The notes: a model not told the origin generated them from the sequence alone. Numbered from the stretch's first letter, positions 22,961-35,578 are shown. The stretch is DNA of 64,000 bases from Ptychomitrium polyphyllum (GCA_973851085.1 OZ316776.1:6882001-6946000), one strand, 5' to 3'. Numbers and translations: made by a program.

Positions 22961-24153
22961 CCCATCCGTTTGGTGTGAGTTGCTATGTGAAGCTGTTCCA
23001 TGAGCAGATTATCCAAAACAATCTTGCAGTTTAGATTGAGGGGCAACGCGCAGGAGTTAGTGGAGCTCAAGTAGTTTGAATACAATGCTGACAACAACTA
23101 TCGAAGGGTTTCTATTTGCGAACCACGCTTTCTGTGTTATAGATAACATGGCAGAATCACAATGATTTGACGAGTTTAAATCTTCACTTTGCCGGGTTTG
23201 TCATACGAACTCTTGTCACCGAAAATATTCAGATCATTTGCGAATTTTCGAGCTTTCTACTGTTCTCAATTCTGAAGCAGTACCTGGAATTCTTTTAGCT
23301 CAATCCTTTAACTGCATTGTTCACTAATTTGCTAGCTTAGAAGTTCTCTAGAAGGTGTAACGGGGTACTTCAACGTATTCAGGTGAGTTGTGTCGCATTC
23401 TGATGCCATGCTCTCTTCAGCTGAAACCAAGTACATCAAAATGTCAATGCAGCCAGTAAGTGGTAGCTGGCTTGTTCTATTTGACTGTAGGAACCTGCAA
23501 AGCATCATAAAATTTGTTAGTGGAGGCCAAAAGAAGCCTGAGTTCTGGTTAGCCTTGATCTTCTGTATATTTCAATAGAAAGTATAAGGTAGGCAGGCCC
23601 ATGGGCGCCACCCATCCATGGGCCGGTACATGATTTAACTGAGGGAGGGTCATTGCGACAAACATGGCCCTGCCTACCTTGCATTGTTGCCGCATGATGT
23701 GTCCAGCGTTATAATGTGAATTCAAAAAGGAGCCTAAAAACTCACTCCTAAATCTTTTATAACTCCCGGGAAAGGCACATCACAGCAAGGCCTTTCAAAT
23801 ATCCAATAATGTTTCAGGGCTCAAGGTACATAATTAACTTCAGATCTTTCAAGACTTCCACCCCTCTACCTGACTCGTAGCTGGATCTCCTCAATCTTTC
23901 TAGCTATCACCTGTACTTGTTGTCTAGTCTCCACTGCTATACCCCCAACTAAGTTTGATGCATTTCAGATTATGCTTTTGATTATTTTCTGAAATCTTGC
24001 AACCTGAGTTCCTTTCTTGTCTGCTAGTACTCAATATGAGTTATGTGTAGTTACAAGTGTATTTATCTATAAGTAATTAGCAGGTATTATGTAGCAGTTA
24101 GTACTCGACTCTACCTGTAAATGTTTGTTGAATAGGATCTGCTGCGCATTCTG

Positions 24154-26749
24154 TTATAACACAGGAAAGGGTGGAGTCCAATCTCGGAACTTAACAAGGT
24201 TTTTATTGACAAGTGAGGTGTTATGCAGCCAGAAAGAGTGATGATATTGATGGAATGCTCGAACTTTGCGTTGAAGCTCCCAGAGGATGCCGGTCATGGC
24301 ATTGCATCCTTCACTATCAGGAGCATAGGTAAACAGACATCGGACTTTTCGGCACCGCGCTAGCATTCTCTCAATCTCATTTTCTGAAAATCAACACCAA
24401 ATCACAAAGAGATAAGCTAAGCCTTCATTTGTCATAGCTGAATAATATTCGTTAAAATGGAATACGTCACTTTGCCGAGATCCAGCAATACTTTACCCCA
24501 CTGCCTAGAAGAGTTTATATTCAAAATCTATTCAGCTTACTTGAAAAGGTGTAGGTGCAGGTACCAGGAATGGAACGAAGATATGCCAGAAGCTCCTCAT
24601 TTAAGCGACTGCTTGGCCATTTTATTGAAAATTCACTGTAGTCCAGCACATTCTGATATGGAAGTTCCACCTCATCTGATAATATCACCGGAACACATTC
24701 CTGCAACAAATATTTGATCTTGTATAAGAAAATCTAATCACGCAAAAATACCCATACAGTTCCATAATCACAGTTAACCACCACAGCTAAAATCGCCGAG
24801 CGTTGGCAAAATGGCCTTCAGGGACTAAGATTATACCACGAAGAAGGCTTCGTAGAAGCGAAGGGTCCAAGAGGATTCGCCACGAGGGGCGAGGCAAAAC
24901 TTGGCATTTCGTAGGCGCTTGTAATAGTCAATGCGTTCCAGTTTTGCAGGCCCTTGAAACGCCAGCTCGGGAGCGTCCAACTGCACGAAAGTCAAATAGA
25001 GAACTCAATCTTCTGAGATAATCTTTTGAAATCTGAAGCACCGATGTGTTAACTCATCTCAGTTGTAAGGAGCTGAAGTGAAGGGCGGGTACATAACCTC
25101 GTTAGGAAACTGCTTGGCGAGCTCAATGAGCTGGAGCCGGCCCTTCTTCCCTTGTGCTCGTCCCAAGTAGTTTGCCACATACTTCCGCTTAGACAATGCT
25201 AATGGGGTTACCTTTGCAAAGCGATTCGTTGTGTCAATGTTTCCAGGTATGATAATGTCCTTCCATGTGTTGAATGAGCTGAACCCCTTTTTGTCTGTCC
25301 TGTCAGCCTACACATCAACGGTTTCCAATGGCACATCTAAGAAAAGCCTATACATATACCTACATCTATCCTTCTATCTATCTTTTTACCTTTTCAGAGA
25401 AAGTGCGAGCGAGAGAGGATATGAAATATGGTATTTAGAAGATTGTTCCACACTACATGCTAAAATGTTCACCTCGTATCAATCCCAGACATTAGTATGG
25501 TGTGTCTCAACAGCAAGGCCTACCTCCGGTGTTAGAAATATAGACCGGTTGAGAAATATAGGCCAATCTTTCACCAGATGTGCTCCCGCTCCGCTGCATT
25601 CACATCCATTAACTAAGGCATGTAAGGTTAATCATCTAAAAGACATCTTTCTTCCTGGCATCATCTTCAAGAGTAAAAGAATCGCAACAATGCAGGAGCT
25701 CAGAAAGTAAGGAAAGTGCAAACCTTGGAAAGACAAATATATGGTCCCGCCCACCTGAGCGGTGAAAGTATGGCATATACTTAAGAACCTGCAGAAAACC
25801 AATGATCATTCTTAGATGACAAATATAACTTTAGAGGACCATTAATCCATGCCAACTTGAATCCATGCATGCTTAAGTTACACTTGTTCTACACAACCTC
25901 ATCCAGAGTCACCTAGGATAACAAGCAGGAATATCATCAGGTCATAACTAACCATGAGAAAATGATCATTGACTTCTTTCTCCGTCAGGCCTCCAAACAT
26001 ACGTACACATTTCACGTATGCAGGGACAAAGAAGAAATCGGCCAAGGTTTTGTTCAATGTCCGATACCTCGACTCCATCAACAACTTGTGAATCTTCACC
26101 TGTACCCACATTACAGGTTCATAGTATCACTCCACGTACATGCATTCAGCTTCCAATTTCCATGTTCATCGGGATCATATTAGATGTAAGACGCCGCACA
26201 ATGAAAAACATAGCAAACACAGAAAGATCCATTACCTGAGTCCCCCATTGACCCTTCATACAAGCCGAGGATGCAATGGAATGATCTCTCCCACTCAAAA
26301 GTTCTTGTACACCTTCGATCTCTTCAACATCGTATACATAAATCCGCAAATTGAGCTGTGCACCGTAACCACGCTCCGGCCATCTTACTTCCTGCCCCAA
26401 AATTTCAACCACGCTCCGCTCATCTCCGTAGCCACCCCTGTCTTGAGGCAACTCGCTTCTGGAAATTTTCCCAGAACATTCACAAGCCTGGCTTGGGGTG
26501 TCTAAAACGAACCTTGTGCCTAATGTTCGCCACAACCACAACATTACCAACAAAGGATGATTACACAAAAAGCAGCTCCCCTAATGAACAGCAATGAAAG
26601 GACGGGGTTGTAGAGATTAGGGCAAGTTGCATACAAGCATACGTCAGGATCACAAGCACCGCCGTTCTCACAACCTCCAATGGTCTGCACAACACTCCCG
26701 CTGACGAAGTCCGAGGCCTGCCATTCCACGTCGCTGATTTGATCTGCAT
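24154..26749 (-). CDS. Exostosin-family glycosyltransferase (GT47), multi-exon
   Basis: RWPERGYGAQLNLRIYVYD...KGQWGTQ|VKIHKLL...ADFFFVPAYVKC, YFHRSGGRDHIFVFP, FCLAPRGESSWTLRFYE, ECVPVILSD and stop at 24154. An N-terminal TM segment starts at ATG 26749. The first splice donor is uncertain (see findings). Confidence 0.9.
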
Positions 26750-29142
26750 TATCACCTCAGCTCCGCATTCTCCAAATTGTAGTCCAACACAAAATCAGAA
26801 AAAGCACATCACTTTGTAGAAACTTGCTCTGTGGTGAAATCAGTCGCCTTCACTTGATCCAGCTATGAAGTTACTCAATTGCTAAGCAATGACACCCATA
26901 ACCCTAACCCTTTTACAATGTTCTCTCTTCTTGGCCAACCATCAATCGAAGAACAACCTAACACTCACACCAATCTCCACTACCGGTGCCAAGATCCACC
27001 TGCCTGCACCTAGCTACGGTGGCATCACCTCCCTCAGTCTTAGGACTCATCGTCATGGCGCAAATTGAGATTACCGCCCGTTCTACGTCGTCGAGTAGCT
27101 TTGGAGGTTTTTATGGCAAGTAGTCATGATTGTCAGGAAATAGCAGGTTCACATTGGCTACCCTTGGCTACAGTATAGGTCATGATTTCTACGCTGGGGT
27201 CCAATCTGACGCACTCGCAGTTTCATCTTGGTCTGCTCAAACTATCCGATTGATCAAAACAATTTTAGGGATAACTCGGTTATACCCAGCATATTACCAT
27301 TGCCAAGAGCTTCCGTCGCTCATTTTCTCTTCTGCAGAGTCGCAGCTGTGTTCACCCACTCAACCCAGTGCTATGCGATTTTTCTATTCTTTACTAAAAC
27401 ATTCTGATTACGCAGCAGCGCAGCTCGCTGTAATCACTGTCGTCTTGGGAACTTCACCCTCCACTTTGCAATATAGTTTGGTACTTGAAATGCAAACAAT
27501 CGCTCGAGATAACGAGCGGATGCTCACAAACGCACGTCACAGAATTGACCATGAGTGCCAACTCCGTCAACTCTTCAGACCAGATGATGCAAGTGTCAGA
27601 TTTTTTAGACTTTTAAGAGTAGGTATTCACTTGAGAGCAGCATACAGAACAGCGCCCTACTTAGCCATTCAAAAACAGGAATAAACTTTTCATTGGAATT
27701 CACCTTTAGATACTGGAAGGCCAGAGTTCTCTCATAAGATTGACGAGTTTGGATTTCAAAAATTGTTTGACAAAATGCATCAGCGATCATCAACTTCTTT
27801 GGTAACAGCAACGAGTCGTAATTCTTGCTCTTAGCAGACTACTGGCTGAGGGTCCACAATCTTAAGAAATTATAGTCTGACAGCTTGAAGATATGACCTA
27901 AGGGTTCTACTCTGTTCATCAAGATTCTTCCTCATGTCGCTTGCTTCCAAGATTGCAAGATTCTTTATTGTCACATGTGAGTCAGATTCTTCTCTCCCTT
28001 GGCTACCATTCCTGATAACCTTCCACTACTTCAACCATATATCAGCAACATTCGGATTCCGGACTCCGAAATGGACCTCATGATACCGTGCAATATCATC
28101 AATGGCTGGCTTCGACCACGTCGATTTCATAAATTCATGTAACAGAGTATATCACCACTTCAGTACGTAACACTGGTTCTAGCTACCTGTTCAACAATAA
28201 CACGTCATACTATATCACAGCCCTGTACTAACATAGCAATGCTCTACAACGTTCGTAAGTCAGTTGCTTACAATAATCTAACCTCCACAGCATCTTAGGT
28301 CACTATTTCAGGAGCTTGGTAATGTTGCTCACTTGGACGAGCCATACTATAGAGATGGCGCCTTTCTCGTGCCTGCAGCTCCGAAGACAAACAGTCGAAC
28401 TGGGACCCAAAGCAGGTGCTGTCACGACGACGATGAGGATCTAACTTGCAACTCCAATTTCGAATTCCTCTATTACTACGTGATCTGATTTATCAAATTT
28501 GGTAGCCCGGCGATCAACATAGTCAACAACACATGGCCTGTGTATGGCTGCTCCACAACCATGGATTTCCCGGCAAGTAGACACATCTGTAAACGTATCA
28601 AATTGGCCACCTTTGGGAATAGAACCGCTTATATCGATGAAGGAGACATTATAATGACTCACAGAACATGGTATTGTCAGAGGAAATGGGACAGAACCAA
28701 CAATGCTAAAGCGTGGCTTGTCAACTTCAATGTTGAGCTCTGGGAGCGGAGTGCCCACTCTAGTCATTCCAATGGCAAAGACTTCTTTTACTTGCAGGCT
28801 AACTTTGCATCGACATGGCAGAAGATCCTCACAATGACATCTCATTGTTGCCATGGACAAAATTAGCAGTGGTGACGCAGATCGCCAGCTACACTTATTT
28901 ACTAATCAATTATTGCAACTTTCCACGCAGCTGATTCAGCTCTTGCTGACTTCATACAGGAATGCGTCGCCCAGATGAAGGAGAGAGTAGTGTAAGAAGA
29001 GCAATAAGTGTTTATCTCCAACATACTTCCAGACATGGCACATGTCTGAGCTTCATTTCGCCTGGCGAAAATCGGAAGTAGGCACAAACACCATACCTAA
29101 CTTCCACTTCCAAGAGAAATGAAAGGCAGAATAATAGAATCA

Positions 29143-29256
29143 GTGACCTGCTCAGAATAGTTTTATTATCATAGTTTAACATGTAGTTTACTATTTACAT
29201 TATTCATCTCCATAGTCTAGTATGTATAACTTCAGTTAGTCATCACAGCGGATCAC
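29143..29256 (-). ncRNA. Box C/D snoRNA, diverged paralogue of the snoR58Y-like gene at 7876-7971
   Basis: Box C GTGATGA (29240-29246), box D CTGA (29152-29155), stem gtgatccgc/gcaggtcac. It shares tcatctccatagtcta..atgtataa and tttattat with the first copy. Confidence 0.75.
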
Positions 29257-29302
29257 AGGAAGGCTGGTAAATAACTAGAGGAAAGAGTGTCAAGGTAACA
29301 CA

Positions 29303-29388
29303 ATCGTCAGAGAACGTTCACTGCCGTCCACAGCATATGCCATGTAAGTAGGTGTTCTAAGAACTTCGTTTGTATCTCATCATACGAT
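29303..29388 (-). ncRNA. Box C/D snoRNA candidate, target not recognised
   Basis: Box C ATGATGA (29377-29383), box D CTGA (29307-29310), stem atcg/cgat, ~86 nt. Same strand as, and next to, the snoR58Y paralogue. Confidence 0.65.
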
Positions 29389-29546
29389 CAAGGGGAAAAA
29401 TTTCCCCACGTAAAGAGAACATTTTCTACCGGCATGTTGCAGAGCTTCAGTCGGCACATCGAGAGCCTTCCCTGCTTCACACCTACAACGTCAAGCAGAT
29501 ATTCTATCAACTATCAGAACCTACCCCGGTTAGACAGTATCGAAAG

Positions 29547-29627
29547 GCCTCAAAAATCCTGTGTCATGAAAATATCATTACTTCATAGTGAAGTTAAGAT
29601 GGAGTTCATGAGTATGTCATCATAGGC
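29547..29627 (-). ncRNA. Box C/D snoRNA candidate, target not recognised
   Basis: Box C ATGATGA (29617-29623), internal D' ATGA and C' ATGATA, D-like TTGA (29550-29553), short gcc/ggc stem, ~80 nt. Confidence 0.5.
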
Positions 29628-31814
29628 ATCGAAACAATGACTGGCAGATGATTGTTAATAACACACATGAACTGTCTGTCTAACTGCCCACTTGCAGAAT
29701 AATCTAGCATGTTCCACCATTCAATCACTGTGCATGGTGCAACAGCATTGTACGCATGGGAGTGCCGCTAAGTCCTAGGAACATAAGGACATGATGACAT
29801 GGAGGATTAAGTTTTCTGGCTTGGCTCTCTGAGATAATTTGTACGGTCTGAATTAGCGTTGATCATTTCGGAAAAGTATCCTCATCAAGCAACTGCATGC
29901 AAAATAGAATATCAAAATTTTTGCTACATAGTGCTCAAAAGACTAGCTTCAAAATTCTGATATTTGTTAAAAAGATATAATCATATACAACATGATTAGC
30001 AAAAAACATTTTCTAAAAAAATTTGGCAATATGAAAAATGATTTATAAAGAATTCTGCAATTTTTATATTTTAAAGTTGAATATTTTGATAAAGTTTTGT
30101 TTTCAAAATCAAAGCCCCAATATAAAATTCTTTTGACGTAAGAGCCTATTTTATTTTATTTTTATTTAAGATCACATACAAAGATAAAAACTACATAGTT
30201 CTAATAAGTGTAAATCAAATCCAAGGATATATTGTATATATTTTTAAATGTATAAATGTATGTAACTTATAAACCTTCTAGTCTATCATTTATAAACTTA
30301 TAAAAAAAATATTCACATAAACTTCATAAAGAGCATAACATTCTTAGTGAGCATCTCAAGCATCTTTTAAAAGCCAAGTCATAAGAATAATTAATACATC
30401 ATTACCAAATAACACATGTTACATATATACTTTCTAATTGCTCAAAATTTACTGCAATGAGTTTATAACATTTAACTCACTAAATTAGTTTTATGACATT
30501 TATAAAGAATATCACAGCCAATAGTAGGAACATTCGAAAGGAGTTCTTTTGGGCATAGGGCCCTTAAGAAAGTTATGAGTACTTTCAACATGAATGATAC
30601 TGGAAAGAGTGCCCTCGGGTAGGGCAATGCGTTTGATGGCAGAGGAACACTTATCATACTGAAACGACAATCCAACTATTGCCACATATCACCATCCTAA
30701 ATAAGTGAACAATCCTCTAACACAGGTCAAACGTGTCACCCACCTTGTGACACTCAACCGGCGCTTTATGGAAATTAGAATGGACTCACAAACCAATCTC
30801 ATTCGCATACTCCTTGACCTACAGCCGTGCCCACTGCCATGCTCTAAATGGAAAAATCCATTCTAAATGAAGAAGGCTACAGTGAAAGACGCAGGAGGAC
30901 CGACCTGCATGATTGCTCAACACTGATTCGTCAAAGATATTGCTGTGGACACAAAAAGAACGTGGACGCGCGAACAGACTGCTGGTCGTACACGCCAACA
31001 GAAGGATGAAAAGCAAGCGACGATAGCTGTCTTCGTGGAGGATTCATCTAAGATTCTCTGATAAGGTTCTGGTAGCGTGTGGGCTCCAGAGTGCAGAGGC
31101 TGTGACGCTGTCGTTGCAACTGGTGATCTCGGCAGCTTGCGCTGGATTCAGTTATTGCGGATTGGAGGCTCACAGCTATGCCGGAGACATTACCAAGGCA
31201 GAGTGAGATCCAATGATGCGGGAGCAAGGATGAATGATTGACATCGTCTGTCTTGCAAATGATCAGTGAGCTGTCCTGTTGAGAAACTACAATAATTCTG
31301 CCACACATCATTCTCAGGAAAGGAGTGCGGGACGGTGTCACACAGTGACACCACTAATTCAAGTGCATGTCCGTTGCCCCTGCTCCTTCTATATTGACAG
31401 TGTGAGCCTCAGCATTCTTCACAATCCGTCTCAGAGTGCATCAAGTTTGCCATGTTTGAGTTCTTGTCATCTGAATCAACAGCAGGTTGGAGTGACTCTC
31501 TTGTGTTTACCGCTCTAGTCTCGGGGTCTCTTTGTTGTTGGTTGGGAGCTGGCAGTGCTAAAGAACATTTTGGATCTATGTTTACTGGCTTGAATCCAAT
31601 TTTGGGGCTTGTTTCGTTTAATTTTTTGGTGTTTCCATGTAGTACTATAGACGTTTGATGTAGTTTTAAAATTTTCGGCCTTCCTTTGATCTTCAAGGTC
31701 ATCTGAGTTTTTCGGTTCCTTCGATCAAATGCCAGAGGAATTCGTGTGATTGATTGTGTGGTTTTTTTGGGTGCAGCTTTTGCCCAGTGCTAAAGTCGAA
31801 CAAGAGTAGTGACT

Positions 31815-32893
31815 ATGGCCATTCATTACAGAGACATACTGGGTGTTCTTCTTTTGATGCTGGTAGCCACAGGTAAGTACATTTGGGACTCTTTTGTTGT
31901 AAGTACTTGGGTTACTAAGAATTGCCACCTTGAAATCATACTTTCTGCGAAACCGCGTCTTGAGTAGCCATCGATTTGGGTAGTTCTCCGCAACGATATA
32001 GACCGAGCATTCAAGAAATGCAAAGCAGATTTACGAAATGAATAGATAAAATGAGTAGATGGGTAGATTGCGGGATCTGAGACGAGATACACTAAATCGA
32101 TCTCAATATGTTGACACCCGGCTTGATTTCTGTTCTACAGAGGGCGCCAGGAAGTACATGACCGTGCAAGAATTGGCTAGAATGCAGGCAGAAGCACAGG
32201 CTCAAGCTGCCCAGGTACTACCCGCTTTTGAATATATGCTCTGCGAACCATCTCATTGTGATTGAAAATTCGCAGTTGCTCTATATTACGGTATTAAATT
32301 ATGCATTAATACTAGAGCCTGATTATGATGCTATGGTGTGTGTGTGTGCAGTTGTCGCAAATGTTCGACCTCAACCAGTTGGCTGCACGCCGCCTTCTTA
32401 CACCCCCTGGCTCAGTGCGCCGTAGTGAGCAAGCGACCACACCTCTCTGTAAGAATACACCCTCACTCTGTAATCATATCCTGCTCACGTCCCCAGATCT
32501 GTATTGTGTATGAGCCGTTAGGTATTCCCTATACGCTTGTAATGCAATTCTTGTATATGGCTCTGAAACGCATTGACGCTTTACTTCATGCCAGTTCTCT
32601 TTTCGAAATCCGGTTTCTACAATGGACACGGAAAGTGGTGAAAGCTCTGTTTGGAGGCACCAATATCAATATACGTAGTGTCATGTGAGGTGAATCTAAG
32701 GAGTTTGGAAATGCTATTGCGTGGGATTGCAGTGTGCCAAGCTCCAGGCATGGATTGCCTTCCCGGTGAGGAAGTAAGATGCGAGATTGGAAGGCACGCA
32801 GGTTGCGACTGCGAGTATATTCGGGCATGCTTTCCTCGCGCTGCCGAGTGCACCCATTACAATGCTACTCACGTTACGACGTGCGGATTTTAA
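31815..32893 (+). CDS. Secreted cysteine-rich peptide precursor (~121 aa: signal peptide, pro-region with RRLL, 8-Cys C-terminal domain), 4 exons
   Basis: Exons 31815-31872, 32141-32214, 32352-32424 and 32733-32893 join with GT-AG introns in compatible phases: MAIHYRDILGVLLLMLVATEGARKYMTVQELARMQAEAQAQAAQLSQMFDLNQLAARRLLTPPGSVRRMCQAPGMDCLPGEEVRCEIGRHAGCDCEYIRACFPRAAECTHYNATHVTTCGF*. Confidence 0.8.
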
Positions 32894-35280
32894 GTGCAAT
32901 TATTGGTCTCATTAGCTATGAATATGGTTTTAAAATTCCAATAGTTTTAAATTAGACCAGTTTGTGCATCTTAGATTCTGTAACTTTCTTGACCGTTGGG
33001 GCTTTCACACATATCCAGCTTCCAAGGCACACTACACATCCCAGATGCAGGCTGCACAAACTTCGTGTATATTAGTCGCCGGATCTTTTAAAATAAAGAT
33101 TAATTTTTCCCTACTTTGCTTTCGGTTTTAAGCTGGCTTTTGATCTTTTGACGGCTGCTGAAAATGTTGTCAACTAGTTCAGAAATGTGCAACACCACGA
33201 GCATCCGCCCGCCTCTTTAACTAGTCTTCCAACAAAGCCAGCGTCGTATTCAGACTGTCCCCCCGGAGCTCAATTTAACAGCATTTGCATGCGCATCACC
33301 GTGCCGTCCTTCGTCCTCAGATTCAGAAAATCCGTATGATCTCTGCTAATAAGCTTCACGTGCTCGCTCTGCAGTTCTCCCAAACAACCCCGACGCTCAA
33401 GCCCTTAGAGTATCAAACGGCACAAAGAGCCGCAAATCGGAGATACAAGGCTCAGAATCTAACGAAACCAACAAAAACGTATCCTTTTTAAACCAGAGAG
33501 TCAGTGTCACTATCGTCCCCGAATAGAGGCGCCACCGGCGACATCGTTGCTGACTGCACCTAAACAGAGATTAAAAACAAAAAAACGCTCTAGAGACACA
33601 CTGGAGCTCATCTTCACACCCTAGCCACAAGCGCCTCGTCTCAACTCGCTCCTACCTTACGCACGCTTCATATCTTCCTCCTTCATAGTCTCTTCCGAAA
33701 CTGAACTCCCTCACTGCCAGAAAACGCAGTCCTTCAAGTGGAAAGTTGAATGATCTCGCAGGCATTCACGAACTCTGATCGAAAATGCTGAATGAAACAA
33801 ACTCACGCGGTTCTGCGAACGAAAAGTGCTCCAGGAAGCTCCATACTCGGCGAATGTCGCCTCCCTCGGAAATATGCATGTGAAGTGGAAAGAAGAAGTA
33901 CGAGGATGAGCTTGAGTGCACGGCAGTTCAATGCTGCGAGAAATAGAGACCGAGGAGCGATGGCAGAGTGCTCTTCACCATGAGCCTCGTCGTGCAAATC
34001 TCTTGAGAAGAAAGCCCTTTTGCCGCAACCAATTGTTGGGTTCACTGGTGAGAGCACAACAATGGTGAAGGCAGTCGAGGTTGTTTGTGTTCCACGTGAT
34101 GATGCTGCAGCTTTCACGCTCGTCGCGAATGTTTGCTCCATGTCGCGCTCCCGTTTCTCTGCCGCGGCTTCTTCCTTCACGACGGCTGCAAGCTCTCTTC
34201 AACAATGCCGTGAAACTGCGTCCCTCTGCCTTTCTTTTGAGCTGAGTGCGTCCTCTGTTGGTCAGGTAACAACTGGCGCAGTGTGTTAGAGTCGATTTTC
34301 TGAATTTGCAGGAAAGCTCGGGTTTCAAATGCAATCTTAGAGTCCATCTGGCTGGTCACAATGTGCGTTACATTTGATTGACATTTGGTCAGAATTAGAG
34401 GTTAAAGTTTGTGTGATGGTGTGGTACTAGAGTTAGAGCTCGAACTTTGGTGAGTTTTCGAGTGTTCACTTTTGTTTGGTTCTGTAGAAGAGAAAATTCT
34501 TTCACGCAGTTTTTTATGAAGCTTCGTGATAACAATTTTGGTTTAGCTCAGAAGAGCGAGGGTTTTGATCATAGTGCAATTCTAAATGGCACTAGTGTGC
34601 CCTGTAACCACGACCTGTGGCAATATCTGAAATTTTTGCTATGTTTTCTATATTTTGTAATGTTTTCGGAAAGAAACGCATTGAAATACTATAATACTTC
34701 TACATCAAAGGTTTATATGGTGTAAATAATCGATATGCACCTCTCCTTGCAAAAGATTTCCTATTCTATTGTACTCTACAAGATGCACGTTTGCATGGCT
34801 AGGTATAATGAGACTCTTGTTCTTGCTTTAGTTGACTCGTTTTGTTGGTGCTGCAGACACCCTTGTTCACATTTATGTCGTACAAGGACAAGGAAAGCGT
34901 ATGAATTTGTGGACAATCAACTACTCCCTACGCGCTAGCTTACGGGACAAGTATTCCGTGGGCTTGTTACTCTATTTGCAAGGGGACTAGAGATCTGAGC
35001 ATGCCTTGGAGCTTCTTATTTGTTCAACAGTTATTTTGGAGATAAATGTGCATTTATACAACTCTTCAAGGATAAGATCGAGAGCTGTAGTTGTCCCCAT
35101 GTTGTAGCATGTTTTAAATTCCAATTTCTAGTAGGGACAAATACACGTCATTAATCAAATATGTCTGCGGTTATAAGCACTACCACATTCGTAAGGCCTC
35201 AGAATTTATGAAATTTCTTGTGATTGAGAAGAACACAATAATTAGTACGGACTGAAACACGACCATAGTCAAATCCATTG

Positions 35281-35356
35281 TCACATGTCTTCAATGTCGA
35301 CCGTTAGTCTTCACATGTCTTCAATGTCGACCGTTAGTCTTCACATGTCTTCAATG
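35281..35356. repeat. 30-bp tandem repeat, 2.5 copies
   Basis: tcacatgtcttcaatgtcgaccgttagtct twice exactly, plus a partial third copy. Confidence 0.95.
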
Positions 35357-35578
35357 GTATCATATCTGAGGAGGCTAACCACGGTACTTAGTGCTGCCGA
35401 TAAAGGTGCAAACTACAATATTTTCAAAAATACAATGTCAAATCTATCTTGAAATGCAGCCTACAATTATAAATTTAGAATTCTGTTCATAATAGTCCAT
35501 GAGGTAGATAATACTACAAAAGCATCAGATTTCCTAGCAAGTTGTAGTTCAAGCAGTGTGGAATCATGTCTATCCTAG

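Noticed and set aside
27130..27684. 184-aa plus-strand ORF
   Set aside because: Non-ATG start, no domain recognised, and no consistent exon chain.
33792..34359. Cluster of ORFs upstream of the B3 gene
   Set aside because: Could be 5' exons of the B3 gene, but I could not build an in-frame model.
35281..35356. 30-bp repeats as a CRISPR-like array
   Set aside because: Head-to-tail duplication without unique spacers, in a eukaryotic context.
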